Source of the DNA: Tubulanus polymorphus
Lineage: Eukaryota > Animalia > Nemertea
DNA length: 64,000 nucleotides
NCBI RefSeq assembly: GCF_964204645.1
Contig: NC_134029.1
Span: 7,006,001 to 7,070,000, forward strand
Reading direction: 5' to 3'
The notes beneath the pieces were generated by a model that saw only the letters and a list, made by a program, of their open reading frames with translations, was not told the origin of the DNA and searched no databases. Positions 20,801 through 32,435 of this stretch are shown piece after piece. The first letter of the stretch is position 1, and the number at the start of each line of letters is the position of its first letter. The position numbers were made by a program, and so were the translations under genes.

Positions 20801-22754
20801 AATCGGTAACATTTTTCCAGGTTCCACAACTTGTTCAAGGCCTTCGGCGAAAGTGAAGAGAGTCAGATAATGATACTGAAAATTGTCTATGAAGTCTGGC
20901 ATGACCATCAACAAATGTTAATCGTTCTCATTGACAAAATGCTTAAAACTCAAATCGTCGAATGTTCAGCCGTCGCTAATTGGATATTCTCACCAGAAAT
21001 GTTCAAAGATTTCACCAGGTGAGTGAACAACTACAGTGTTTTTGGTAGATTTCTATATTCAGTTAATCATAGGATAACACCGATGAATTTCAGCACCCTA
21101 ATTTACGTGAAAGACCATTATTATTATAAACTTCATCCCCAGTGAATATTTGATTTTTCACGGCTGGTTCCTCGTATTTTCATTTTTGCGACCGAGTTAG
21201 TTAGTTACCTACTACGCTAAAGGTTGAAATCTGGGGTGTGTTAACTTTGCTATCTCTAAATCTGGAAAGCCAAAATGTTTGAATCATTTTAATTGGTTCT
21301 CAGGCTTCACTCTGTCTGTGTGTGTGTTTGTCATCAGACAATTAGTGGGTCGATCGATCTTGATGAACCAAAATTTTGCTATTGGCCCTAGATACAACGT
21401 ATCGAAAATGCATTTGGGACTAACGCATAAGAATTTCGGAGCCCGTGGCTTGTGTTCGGTTTAAAATTCATCGTATTTTCTTCTCGGTGTGTCGATATTT
21501 CAGCTTTTACATTTGGGATATTCTACATACGACGATAAAGAAAATGAACCGCCATGTCATTCGACTGGCAAAAGAACTCGAAGATGCACGTGATAAAATC
21601 GAAGCGGCACAACGCAAGGTATCGTATTTGAAATAATTTGTTCGCGTGCTGTGGATTGTATTTCGCCGCCGATATCATCGATGATTGCATCTTTCAATCG
21701 ACAGATTCAAGACGGTTTCGATATCGATTTACTCGAAGAAGACGTTCCCACCGATGAAATGTTAGAACGCATGGACGAACGATTGGAAACGGCTCACAGC
21801 GAACAGAAAAATCTATTCCTCATTGTATTCCAGGTACGGATATACAACATTCAAAAGTGGAGAAATCCCGCTGTTTTTATGAATTTTTTCTACTTTCAAC
21901 CTCGGATAACTTGCCACTCCGGAGACTGAAAATAATGGCAAACCCACATAGGAAATACAAATTTGTACTAAAGATAGAGATGACTTAAGCAATGTGATGA
22001 CTGTATATGAAAGCGTAACATTTAACATTTCAAACGCTAGTCGGCATCCATCATCAGTGGCTAATGAACACTAACATTTTAGGTTCTAGGTTTCAGTCTA
22101 ATGCCTTAGCTTCCATCTAACAAACAGATTTTCCCCTAAAACTTGATCCATCTTTCTTAATGACATCGTACTCTTCAATAGTGGACTCCACTCAAGTCGT
22201 ATCTGATCAACTAGGACAACTATTTAACTTGGTTTGTTGAAATATACATCTTACCCTATTCATGAATTTTATACTATCGCTCAAGTTAGACAAGTTTCCA
22301 TGGTCCTAAAAAGATTTTATTTTGAGCGGAGTCTGCTGCACTGCAGGAATCATGATTCCTGAGCTGGTTGTCTTGTGTTTGCTGATCCTAGAGAATCTTA
22401 AAGATGATATCATCGGGAAATCTTTTCTGTGATTTTTTTTAGAGATTTATAATGATACTGACAGAGCATTTAGCGCGTAGCGAAGCTGAACGACAAGATT
22501 ATAACACTCCTTGGTATAAATGGGTCATAGAACGATTACAACAGACATTATTACTGGTAAGTTGCCCCCAAAAAAATGATCCGTCGAGAAGTCTAAATTC
22601 ACCAGTGCATCGAATAATTTTCTTCTGTTTTCAATTCCAGCACCACGAACAGGTTTACACTTACATACAAACGCTGGAGAACTTATTGTTCACGAACGAC
22701 TTGGATCCACACATTCTCGAAGTATTTCATCAGTTTTGTGCGCTACGTAAATGA
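14840..22754 (+). CDS. NCBP1: Nuclear cap-binding protein subunit 1 (CBP80)
   Basis: About 18 exons from MSRRRH (14840) and [25 protein letters not shown] (16107-16186), via [35 protein letters not shown] (20092-20454) and [11 protein letters not shown], to [13 protein letters not shown] (22754). Confidence 0.97.
19161..19226 (-). mobile_element. Degenerate CORE-type SINE fragment
   Basis: CCTGGGCAAGTGACACT...TGCCTCTAGTCTCTCAACCAAGG resembles, from memory, the CORE-SINE central domain (CTTGGGCAAGACACTT...TGCCTCTCTCCACCCAGG). Confidence 0.3.
19471..19560 (+). other. U12-type (minor spliceosome) GT-AG intron in NCBP1
   Basis: 5' splice site GTATCCTTT, branch-like TTCCTTGAAT at 19537-19546, no polypyrimidine tract. 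Splicing joins [10 protein letters not shown] to LAQATETL in frame. Confidence 0.9.
22179..22338. mobile_element. Degenerate pogo/Tigger-like MITE
   Basis: Left TAGTGGACTCCACTCAA vs right reverse complement CAGCAGACTCCGCTCAA. Confidence 0.45.
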
Positions 22755-22770
22755 GTTGTTCATGGATCAA

Positions 22771-23012
22771 AAGAGACAGAATTGACATTAAAAAATCTTG
22801 AAGCCAACCATGTACCACAAAAGGCAACTAAATAAGTGGAATAAAGCTGCATTTTTAGTTCTCACATTGCGCAACTAGATGGAGTTTATGTATTTGAGCA
22901 GTTCTCAAGAGACAGAATTGACATTCAAAAATCTGTATGCGAACAATGTACCATAAAGGCAACTAAAAAAGTGAAATTAAGCTGCATTTTAAGTTCTCGT
23001 ATTGCGCAACTG
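22771..23012. repeat. Diverged tandem duplication (period about 136 bp) in the NCBP1 3'UTR
   Basis: AAGAGACAGAATTGACATT...AAAGGCAACTAAA...GCTGCATTTT...ATTGCGCAACT starts at 22771 and again at 22907. Confidence 0.85.
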
Positions 23013-23356
23013 GTTGTACCGTTAATTATTTTTGATCAGTTTTATAGTGTTATAGCGGTACATTGAACTATGACTATAATTATCTAAAAGTGTATAATGT
23101 TAAGTAATTTTGGCCGAGTCATCAGCTAATGTCACTGGGCTTTACAAAAGCAAACTTTTATGTTGAAATAATAATACTTTCGTATCTTGATGAGTCAATA
23201 TCAGTTATTAGTTTAGTTGGTCTGTTTCACTGCATTTGTCAAAATAACTGAAATCACTTGTTTTAAAACTTGATGGGGAAGAACATTTTATATCTTATTG
23301 ATATGAATAAAACTTATAAATCTAAATTCTTGAGTTTATTCACATATCTGTACCCT

Positions 23357-23733
23357 ATCAGGACAATTCCCCCCAGGATAATTCCCCGCCGGACAATTTC
23401 CCCTGCCCGAAGTAAATCCTTTTAAATCTGGATTAACACCACCTAAATACATATATCAATAAATTTATCCGAATTAGTTTTAGTGTTACTTTAGCAGATC
23501 AAAACCTTTAAAATCCATCCTCAAGTAATTATAATCCACTTACCAAATCAAAGGAAACTTAGTTAGTCCACTTATTAGTGACTAATTTATTGGAATGAGT
23601 TTTAGTATTTAGTTAGTTAGCTAGTCTAAATTTAGTTAGTTCTAAGTTAGTTAGTCTAATTTATTAGAAGTTGGTATCTGCGCTACTTTAGGGTTAAAAT
23701 TTACTTCGGGTGGGGAGCAATTGTCCTAGAATC
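23357..23733. mobile_element. Non-autonomous DNA element with GGACAATT(G/C)CCCC terminal motifs
   Basis: Three tandem GGAYAATTYCCC units at left. CCCGAAGTAAAT (23406) has its inverse ATTTACTTCGGG at about 23700, followed by AATTGTCCTAGAA. Internal TTAG microsatellite. The same AATTGTCCTAGAA end recurs at about 33723. Confidence 0.65.
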
Positions 23734-24373
23734 ATCTGTACTGTACTGCTGAGGGCCAAGCACGCGAGTGCCTCTTACTGTCTTCACACTTTCTGATCCT
23801 CACTTGAGCAGTTTTGCCACCACGTTTGCACATTAACAAAACATTGTCTCCAATGTTAAGTAAGTACAAGTCTTGTGTCTTGAGGCAGACATGTCTTTCA
23901 AAACAGATACGAGATGAAATCCGACAATACAAAAGAAAAAGCTTATCAAATTAAGTGTATTTAAAATTATGACTTAGGATTAAGTAGCAAGGTCGAAGAA
24001 AAAATTAGTTTTTGGACATTTTGCTGACTTCATTTTCATGGCTTTTATTCAAGTTGAGGGAATTTATCTTATACAATCGTTAAAATGCTGACTAGTGTTC
24101 CACCAAGGTCATCGCTCGAAATAAGTTAAATCAAAGACGTATTTGAAAAAAATCTTTTCATTTTCTGTAAAATACTGCACCATTACATGAAATACATAGT
24201 TTATAATACTTTTGAGATGGTCTGACCTGCCCTGCCCTTGTTACTAGAATTTAAACCGACATATCCTAGATAAATCGGTAATCAGATTGGTTTCTGGACT
24301 AGCACGAAATGTTTTGATTAATTTTAAGTTATTTACAACGTTTTTAGACCACTTGTCAGGTTTTATGAAAGGC

Positions 24374-27300
24374 TCATAATTCAATGCGGTCACCGCCAGC
24401 TGCTGTATCCAGCACAATGGTATCATCTTCGAGAGCTTTCAAATGTTCATCGAACCACTTGAAAATGGAATGAAATGCTTTCCATGAAGTTTCTTCGTGC
24501 TTCGTAGTGCCTGCATAACAAAAAGAGATGTTATCGGAAAGTCGTAATTCAGTTAACTGGTTTCAAACGCTTATCCCAGTAACTGATTTGTAATTTTTGC
24601 TTCGAATTTTTCTTTCCTGACCGCTGCTCTTTAGTGTTATTTTTGGCCACTTCAAGTGACTGATTAGGTACTTGGCCATATCAAGCTCGATGTGCACATG
24701 TAAACCTAAAAGCTAGATATCTTCGTTCTTTCAGCAGAGATTAACCTCTTTGATAGCATAACATACATACCTGCGGAAACACACTTGCATTCCTTGAACT
24801 GTATTTCTGCAACTGGTTCGTCTAAATCCAAATCGCTCGAAACCCAATTACAAATTTTCTAGAAAAAAAATCCAAACTCAAGTCCATAACACAGTAGTTA
24901 CTGGTCCATATCAAATAATCATTATTTTGTATCGTGAAACTGGCCCCAGAAAATCGTACAAATATGATACCGATAGTCAATTTACGAATATATAGGGAAA
25001 TCGTTTTAGTAAGGAAAGATGAAATGTTTCATTCTTTCAGGGCTGCCAACCCTCCCGAATTATTCGGAATCCTCCCGATTTGCGTGAAGAAATTCCGACG
25101 ATACGATCGGGTATACAAAATTCCGACTTTTTTTTTCTTTTTCGGCGATGTCCGATTTTCCACCCGCCAGCGCGTTGTAACACAATATGATGATTTGGTA
25201 GAACAGAATTGAATAGGTGGGGAATTTATATGCACGCCCGCGGTGGATGAGTGCGTGGCTATATACTGTGTACGTGGGTCAGGCGATAAACAGCGCTTAC
25301 TAGCGCGCGCGCGCGCGTGCGTGTGTATGAGAGTAGCTGTGTTATTGATTTTATCTACGCATGGCGTACGATTATTTCGTAGTAGGAGAGCAGCTTTTTA
25401 ATTTGTTTCAAGAATAAAAATAAAGTTCATTCGTTTTAAAATACGTTGTTTTCAATCATTTTTGTGAAAATATTATGACATGTGGCAAAATGTGATTGTT
25501 ATTGTCAAATTGCTCCGCATCGTTTCGGAGAAGAATCGGTTTACTGCGGTAATTAGCTCGTTTTCGCAGCGCGATTAGCATTCGAAGATCCGGGTTAGAT
25601 TTCAACGTGTGGACTCTTTGAAATGTTTCGGTAAGCAATTGCTTTGCTAGTTTGAACCTTAATGTTGTCACTCTTGTGTTAGTTTGATTTAAAAAGATAA
25701 TTTAAGATGCTTTTGAGCAGTGCATCTCAAAGTAAACTTTTAGTTCGCATATTTGGCAGATGGCAGCACCATCGAGTAGCATGTAGATTTAGAGACTTTT
25801 TACTGTTTGTATCTTTCAGTTCTGTACGTGGAGTCTCTCTTGGACAGTATCATGGAATTGATGCTGGAAATGGATATATTCGCATGACAGCTGTATAGTG
25901 TTATGTAATTCGTTTGACAATTTATGCCAGTTTTATGTTCTTATTTTTTAGTCTATTGTATATTTTTGATAAACACTGTTGATTTTTATCTTTCATAAAA
26001 TAATAAAGAAAAAATACATTCTGTAGAATTTTCTGATTTTTTATTTTGCTAATAATTCCATATTTTCATATCCAGCTTTCATATATTACACGTGAAAGGT
26101 ATTCCTAATTGAAAGCAAAATATTCCTACTTGGAAAAGTCACAATTTCTTCGGTTTCGATATATTCCTATTGAAACCTTCAATATTCCTAATTAATCTGC
26201 CATTCATCCCTAAATGGAATTTTGAAAGGTTGGCAGCCCTGTTCTTTACAACGCATAAACTTTTTTAGTATTTAGCCAATATATTGTCGAAGTATTGGAC
26301 TTACTTCTCTTAATAGTTGCATGAGACTTGCATCTCCTCCTAAATGCAGAATGTTGTGCGCGGAATCAGTCAAAGCTAAAGCCGCAAATTTCTCCAAATG
26401 ATCGCGTCTTTGGTGCAACTTGAAATGAAAACAAGCATAATTTATCATTACTGATAATACAGTAGGAATAAAGCTGGAAACTTCCTTAGGCCCTTTTTTA
26501 ATAGCTTGGTTTACGGGGTAGACCTATCAAAATATCATTTCGGAGGAAAAAAAAATTTAAAAAAAATTCCCTTAGTGAGATAAAATCACTTTTTGAAGGA
26601 AGAGGGAACTGTCAATAGGGCAATATATCCAAACAAATGATTCTTGGAAAGTTCGAATTCTGCACACTGTGATCAAAACAGAACCTCGAGTTTTTCAATT
26701 CTTTCATCATTCAAGCCACAGATGGGAATAAAAGAAAAAAAAATTATTTTCATATGACTTTTCTTCAAATTTCGGGAGGCGGTTCCTGTAAACCAAGCTA
26801 TTAAAAAAGGCCTTATTTGACACTCGTGTCCACTCTGCCTCTAGTGCTGGAAACACAGATTCAAATCTCACCATATAAAGAGAAGCCATGCCGCCGTAAC
26901 TATGCGCCACTATAAATACATGTTTGATATCGGTGGAAGGTAAGATGAATCGATCCCAAACGTACACCATTTGTTCTTCCGGACATGAACATCCCTGTAA
27001 AGATCAGCAAAGAATTTTCAAATTCCATCGATACTCCTGTTGTGGTTAGTTTTTATCATCAACTGGCTCGCTTACCCGCACTGTTTTATCTTTGCCGTTT
27101 ACAAGTTGCCGGCATTGATTTGTATTCATTACGAATACGCCATAGCCTTCCGACATGGCTCTTTTGATGAATGGAATCTGTGAGCCGATATCCAATCCCT
27201 CGTTTATTATCAATCTGAAGTGAAATGAAAATTTCTAGAATGAGATTAAAAAGTGAAAATATTTGAACTCAAGAATAGGAAAGTTAATGTTTCGCTATAT

Positions 27301-29646
27301 CCAATGTTTTCTTTAAAGAGTGACAATCTATATCAAACTAGATTTTGAAAGCTGCATACAGCTTAAGAAGGAGTTATGAACTCAAATTTTTGGTTTTTTC
27401 ATTCCTTTGTCTAGAAATCTTACTTTCTGGACCACTGTCCTGCTCGGACAACGCCATCGCCGTGAACTAATATCATAGCTTTCTCCCTCAGCATCGCTCC
27501 CGGACTCATGTACAAAAATGTAACGGCTTCCATGTCGAGAGCATCCACCTGAAATGAATAGATGTTCACACTCTCTTCATTTTTGAGAATTATTCAATGG
27601 CCAATAAGTGGTGATAAGATCATCACTTACTGGTAAGTCCATTCTTTCTAATTCCAGTTCATTTTCAAGCAGATCAAACACATATTCTGTGACAATCTGC
27701 AAGAGACAAAATAAACCGGCACATACAATTGTCTGAGCTTCTACAAGTCAGAAAACTGCTCTTTTTACATCCGCCAACCATAAAAAGGCCGACCACTTTC
27801 AGGGTATCATAAATTGGCTTGATTTTTCAAGCCCGACATAGTAAACCTCAATTTCTAACTTATTCTTTAAGACCACCCACCTCACCAAGAGCTTCATATC
27901 GTCGCTGATTATAACTGACTCCTTCAGGTCGAACGTTGAATATAAACGGTTCCCCAGTTTCTATATGTCGTAACTGTCCCTCTACAAAAAAATACCAACA
28001 TACCTAATTAGCCAAAATAACTAAATATAGGCCTATAAGACGAATCAATTTATCTTATCAATTTCTTTAATCTTCTATTGATTTTTTTCTTCAAAATTAG
28101 CATATAAACCAATGATTTGAGGATACAAACTAACTGATAGTAACTGATCTGTGGTAATACGAGATATCTCCACTTATATGAAGTAAACAATAGCAAATCG
28201 GGAGTAACATCAAGTAATATTAAGTAACCAATAGTAATGTCTAGTAGAATGTAAGCAAAATGGTAACTATTGGTTACTCCATATTACAATAGATAACCCT
28301 ATCGGATACTCTATCTTACTTCAGATTACAACAGATTGCTGGTTTGCTGTCAGTTACTAGGTATATGTTGAACAGATTAGGCCTTACATTATAGTAATAT
28401 GGCATCATAAGTGCTCCGCTTTTTAACCCCCTATATTAAAGTCTGAAGTGTATACAGGGGGTGTTATACACAATGAACAGAAGAATGCTTACTATCATTG
28501 AACTTATATTTGAATCCTTCTAATGTTTCTGGAAACTCTGGTACAACTGGGGGATCATCTGGACTAGCCCACAATTTAGGTACATCCTCTACAAAACAGG
28601 AAAATAATATTTTTACAAAACAGGAAAATAGTACCTTGAAGATTTTTTGTCCGCTGAGCGAGTGTCTCAATGGGAATCATTTGGCATAGCTGGTTTGAAA
28701 CTTTTGTTCCCGAGAGCAAGCCTCTCAGGCCATGTAGGTTTCTTGGAATATCTTTTTAGATTTAGGAATAATTCTAACAACAAATGGCCTCATTTATTTG
28801 AATTTGTACTTTACCAGTCAGTGAACCAAGACTTTCATCAGATACAGCCATGTTGCTACTCAAACCAATAACACTTCCCTAGAATTCAATGAATAAATAT
28901 ATAAATAACAATAAAAGATAAACAATTTTAACTTATAGAAATTAACTCAAGGTACAACCATTTTTGAGAAAATTGATGAACTCAAGAAGGGTAATTAAAG
29001 CCTAGTTAATTCCAATGTCTTTTTTTGCTTAAACACTTCATCTGTCGCGACTATGTACAAAACATATCGAGGAATGTATGAAAAATCTTCCTGGTTCGGT
29101 ATGGAAAACCCCCCATTTCAAATACAATGGTATTTAAATTCGTAGAAGTTAATTATAATAGGGATACTGAAAAAAACTTAATAATAGCAATTGATAATGC
29201 ATGCATGTAGTTGCATTGTGAGCAACAATAATAGGCCTATGGGTGATACCATTATAGTTCAGCGTGATTGTATCCATAAATAGCAAAGTTTTTATAAGAT
29301 TTTGTTTCCGTTTTTAGATTAAAAATCAAATAAGGGCTCACCAAACAGACAAGGCTAAGAGTGTCAGCAGACCATTACCATTGGACATTGGTCTTAACCA
29401 CCCCCTCCCCCACGGCACTGAAAAGGTCGACTTGCATACCAGTAAAAGAATTATAACTCGCATCAGGTCCAGTTTATATATGTTGTATGTTGGTGCATCT
29501 AATTTACTTTTTATTGCATTCCAACGACACTAACGTCCGGGACTATGAGACCAGTCTTTTTTTACTCCCAGGCAACAATCAAACGTCGAATCATCAGTCA
29601 CGTTCCTGACCTCAGCAGTTTCGTTGGCGTTGTTCTGATGACTCAT
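24374..29646 (-). CDS. FAM172A: FAM172A / ARB2A (Arb2-domain cotranscriptional regulator)
   Basis: Exons encode [30 protein letters not shown]...[54 protein letters not shown] and [12 protein letters not shown], with stop at 24374. N-terminal exons (29646-29611, 28878-28815, possibly 28751-28635) are less certain. Confidence 0.93.
25038..26241. mobile_element. 1.2-kb non-autonomous hAT-like transposon in a FAM172A intron
   Basis: Perfect 14-bp TIR CAGGGCTGCCAACC and perfect 6-bp TSD TTCTTT (25032-25037 and 26242-26247). TCCGA-type repeats at left, TATTCCTA repeats at right. Confidence 0.88.
26489..26812. mobile_element. MITE with TTA target duplication (PIF/Harbinger- or Zator-like)
   Basis: About 25-bp TIR GGCC(C)TTTTTTAATAGCTTGGTTTAC at both ends, flanked by TTA on each side. 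Confidence 0.85.
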
Positions 29647-30370
29647 ACGACACGTTACTCTTTAATTTAGAGAAATTTCAGTGAAGTAAAACAGAAAATT
29701 TCACGCACCAAATCGTGTCAGAAGGATTGAAATGGGAAGTGGCGTGAAAAGCTTTGTTTAATGAACGCTGGCGTCTCCTTAGTACTATCAATCTATCAAT
29801 AAATTAAATTTGTCGTTGATGCGGACGGCGAATTTAAATTGTTGAATACAGCTGTAATATTTCATCTTGTTGACGTTTCTCAGTAGTCTGATCAGAGGGT
29901 TCGAAACCGATGAATATCGATATCGGTGGATCCCACGACGGACGCCGGAGTTTTCGCGGGTGGTTAGAAACGGGAATGCGAAATTTGTTTTTTTTTTCAC
30001 AATCTTGATCAAGTCCTATGACACGTTACGTTACCGATTGGTCAGAATTATTTGAGGAAATTCAGAATCGCGTAACTTAGCACCAGACATTATAATGAGA
30101 AAACATTCCGAACTCTTCTTAGCGTCGTGTGGCCGATTTTGTATAAATGAATATAATTTTTGATTCGTATCGATTATTGCAAACTTTTTTAGTTTATACT
30201 CCATGTTTTGCCTGAAGGCTTTCTCCTACGCCCGCAGGCTCTCGTTTAACTTCAAAAGGATAATTCCTTTTTCGAATTTCGAATAGAATACAAACAGGGA
30301 TTTTTTCTTGATTTTGCTCGTCAAAATCCAATATATCGACATTTCGAGATATTCGAGAGGAGCTATTGCG

Positions 30371-31372
30371 ATGTCCCTGAACATTTCCTGGTCGGCAGCT
30401 GCAGTTGCCGATGAGGCAGACCTATACGTGTTCGCCGACACTATTCGTTTGGTAATTGTGACAGTACTCGTCGGATTTGGAACGATCGGCAATGTGCTTT
30501 CCATTATCGTCCTATCGAGACCTAATACGAGAGGAACTACTATCAGCTTATATCTGAGAGCTTTGGCCGTGACTGACACTTGCATTCTTTTACTGGTGGC
30601 CTTACCGATGACGATCGGAGAATTTTGGAGCATCCGTTTTAACAAGATAAACCATTTCACCTGTTTGATGATGCTATTCTGTTCGGGTTTATTTCCTGAT
30701 TTATCGAGTTATATTTTGGTTGTTGTTGCTATTGAACGCGTTATATCCATTTATTTGCCGTTAAAGGTACATATTATGTGCAGTGCAAAAAGAGCTAGGG
30801 GAGTCTGTTGTACACTTTCTCTTGTTTTCGCGGCATTAAACTCTTCAACCATTTTGGTCTTCCAGAGTACTCCGCACGACATTTGCATACCTCGGAAAAG
30901 ATTCGTTCATTTCTGGTTCGCCGTGTACACGCATGTAGATTTGATAAAATACTCAATTTTACCTTTTACCATTTTGGTAGTCACTAACATAGCAATAGTA
31001 GTAAAACTTCGCATATACGCTCGTAATAGGAGCGGATTACTTACTACCAGAACATCCGCATCTTCCGGAGCTAATGTAGATATAACCGTCATGCTCGTAT
31101 GCGTGTGTACATTCTTCATCGTGACCTCAAGTCCTGTGGTCGTGTATGGTCTGTTGCGGGGCAATAAGCTAATCGTTCCCAATCAAACTGTTTTCAACTT
31201 CTGTCTGCTTTTGGTTTACGCGAACAGCGCGATTAATTTCTTTCTGTACAATATGACTGGTATGAAATTCAGAAGCGAAATGATGTTATTTGTCAGGCAA
31301 ACCGTTACATCTTGCAACATATTTCTAGACAAAAGCGCACAATCGCGAACCAAATACCAAAATAAAGTTTAA
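30371..31372 (+). CDS. Class A (rhodopsin-family) GPCR, FMRFamide/peptide-receptor-like orphan, intronless
   Basis: Seven hydrophobic segments with GN in TM1, LAVTD in TM2, ERV at the DRY position and NFFLY in TM7. First ATG at 30371; the ORF track starts at a TTG at 30308. Confidence 0.9.
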   Translation: MSLNISWSAAAVADEADLYVFADTIRLVIVTVLVGFGTIGNVLSIIVLSRPNTRGTTISLYLRALAVTDTCILLLVALPMTIGEFWSIRFNKINHFTCLMMLFCSGLFPDLSSYILVVVAIERVISIYLPLKVHIMCSAKRARGVCCTLSLVFAALNSSTILVFQSTPHDICIPRKRFVHFWFAVYTHVDLIKYSILPFTILVVTNIAIVVKLRIYARNRSGLLTTRTSASSGANVDITVMLVCVCTFFIVTSSPVVVYGLLRGNKLIVPNQTVFNFCLLLVYANSAINFFLYNMTGMKFRSEMMLFVRQTVTSCNIFLDKSAQSRTKYQNKV

Positions 31373-31804
31373 GTTGATATGAGTCTTGGGTTTTTTCCCA
31401 ACAAATATACGATAGTAATTGTATTGAAATGATATATCATTCAACCGATACATGGCAATACACCGTTCCTAGCGGGAACATTAACCGGAAAATATTTTGA
31501 GATGGTTAAATGATACCAAATAGAAGATTAATGAATATTGAAAAAAGTTGCAATTCAGGCAAATATATAAGATGCCTGGTAAATGTATCAGCCAAAACAC
31601 CATGATAGCTAAAAGCTAATTTCATTTGTTACAAAGCCTGTTTTAATATTCAAGACCTTTCTCAAACTTACTATGAAGTGAAGAACCAGGCCCTGAAGAC
31701 ATTAAACTATTAATTGAGCATTATGTAAACGCCTACTAAACCAAAAATATTGTTTTAGACCATGAAACCATATTCATGATAAATTCCATCGTTGATCTCT
31801 AACT

Positions 31805-31928
31805 AGGGTCCAGTTTTATGAAAAGGTTTAAGCTTAAAACGGTTAAGTTTTGAATTGTTGGCCTCATTGAAAACATGAAGCAACTAAACCATAAATCTTA
31901 GTTAAACCTTTTTGTGAAATTGGAACTA
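31805..31928. mobile_element. Short Harbinger-like MITE
   Basis: TCCAGTTTTATGAAAAGGTTTAA vs right reverse complement TCCAATTTCACAAAAAGGTTTAA. More decayed look-alikes at about 19845-19940 and 39444-39580. Confidence 0.55.
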
Positions 31929-32435
31929 ATGACGGTAGATGCTTTCCGGTTTGACCCTGCGTGCCGGTTTGTTGTATTAATAGTTGTTCGCATATTATGT
32001 ACCAAGTGATAAAACTTGATAAAATCTCTGAACACATATCTACGCGCAGATAAGGGAAATGCTTGTTGAATTCCCATTCGTATCGAAATGTGCATCTGTC
32101 TTACTCGCATCCGATCTAACCGTAATAACCAGAAGAAAAAAGTCATACCAACATCGAAGCGAGAGCAAGTGTTTTATAATTGTGGAACAATTGACTAAAT
32201 GACTAGTACAGTAAGCCATATTTGGATATGGCCATATCCACAAGTGAATAGAATTAGATAAAAATGAAGTTGATTTATTGGTCTTTGATTCAAATGCTTT
32301 CGGTCGGATGGAAAGTGATCAAGTGATATTCCACGTGTTATTAGCCTCATCTAATAAGGATTAAGACGATACGGATATGAAATATTTTACGTTCGGGCGG
32401 AGAAGTTAAGACGGTTTTCGGACGGTTTTTTTGAA

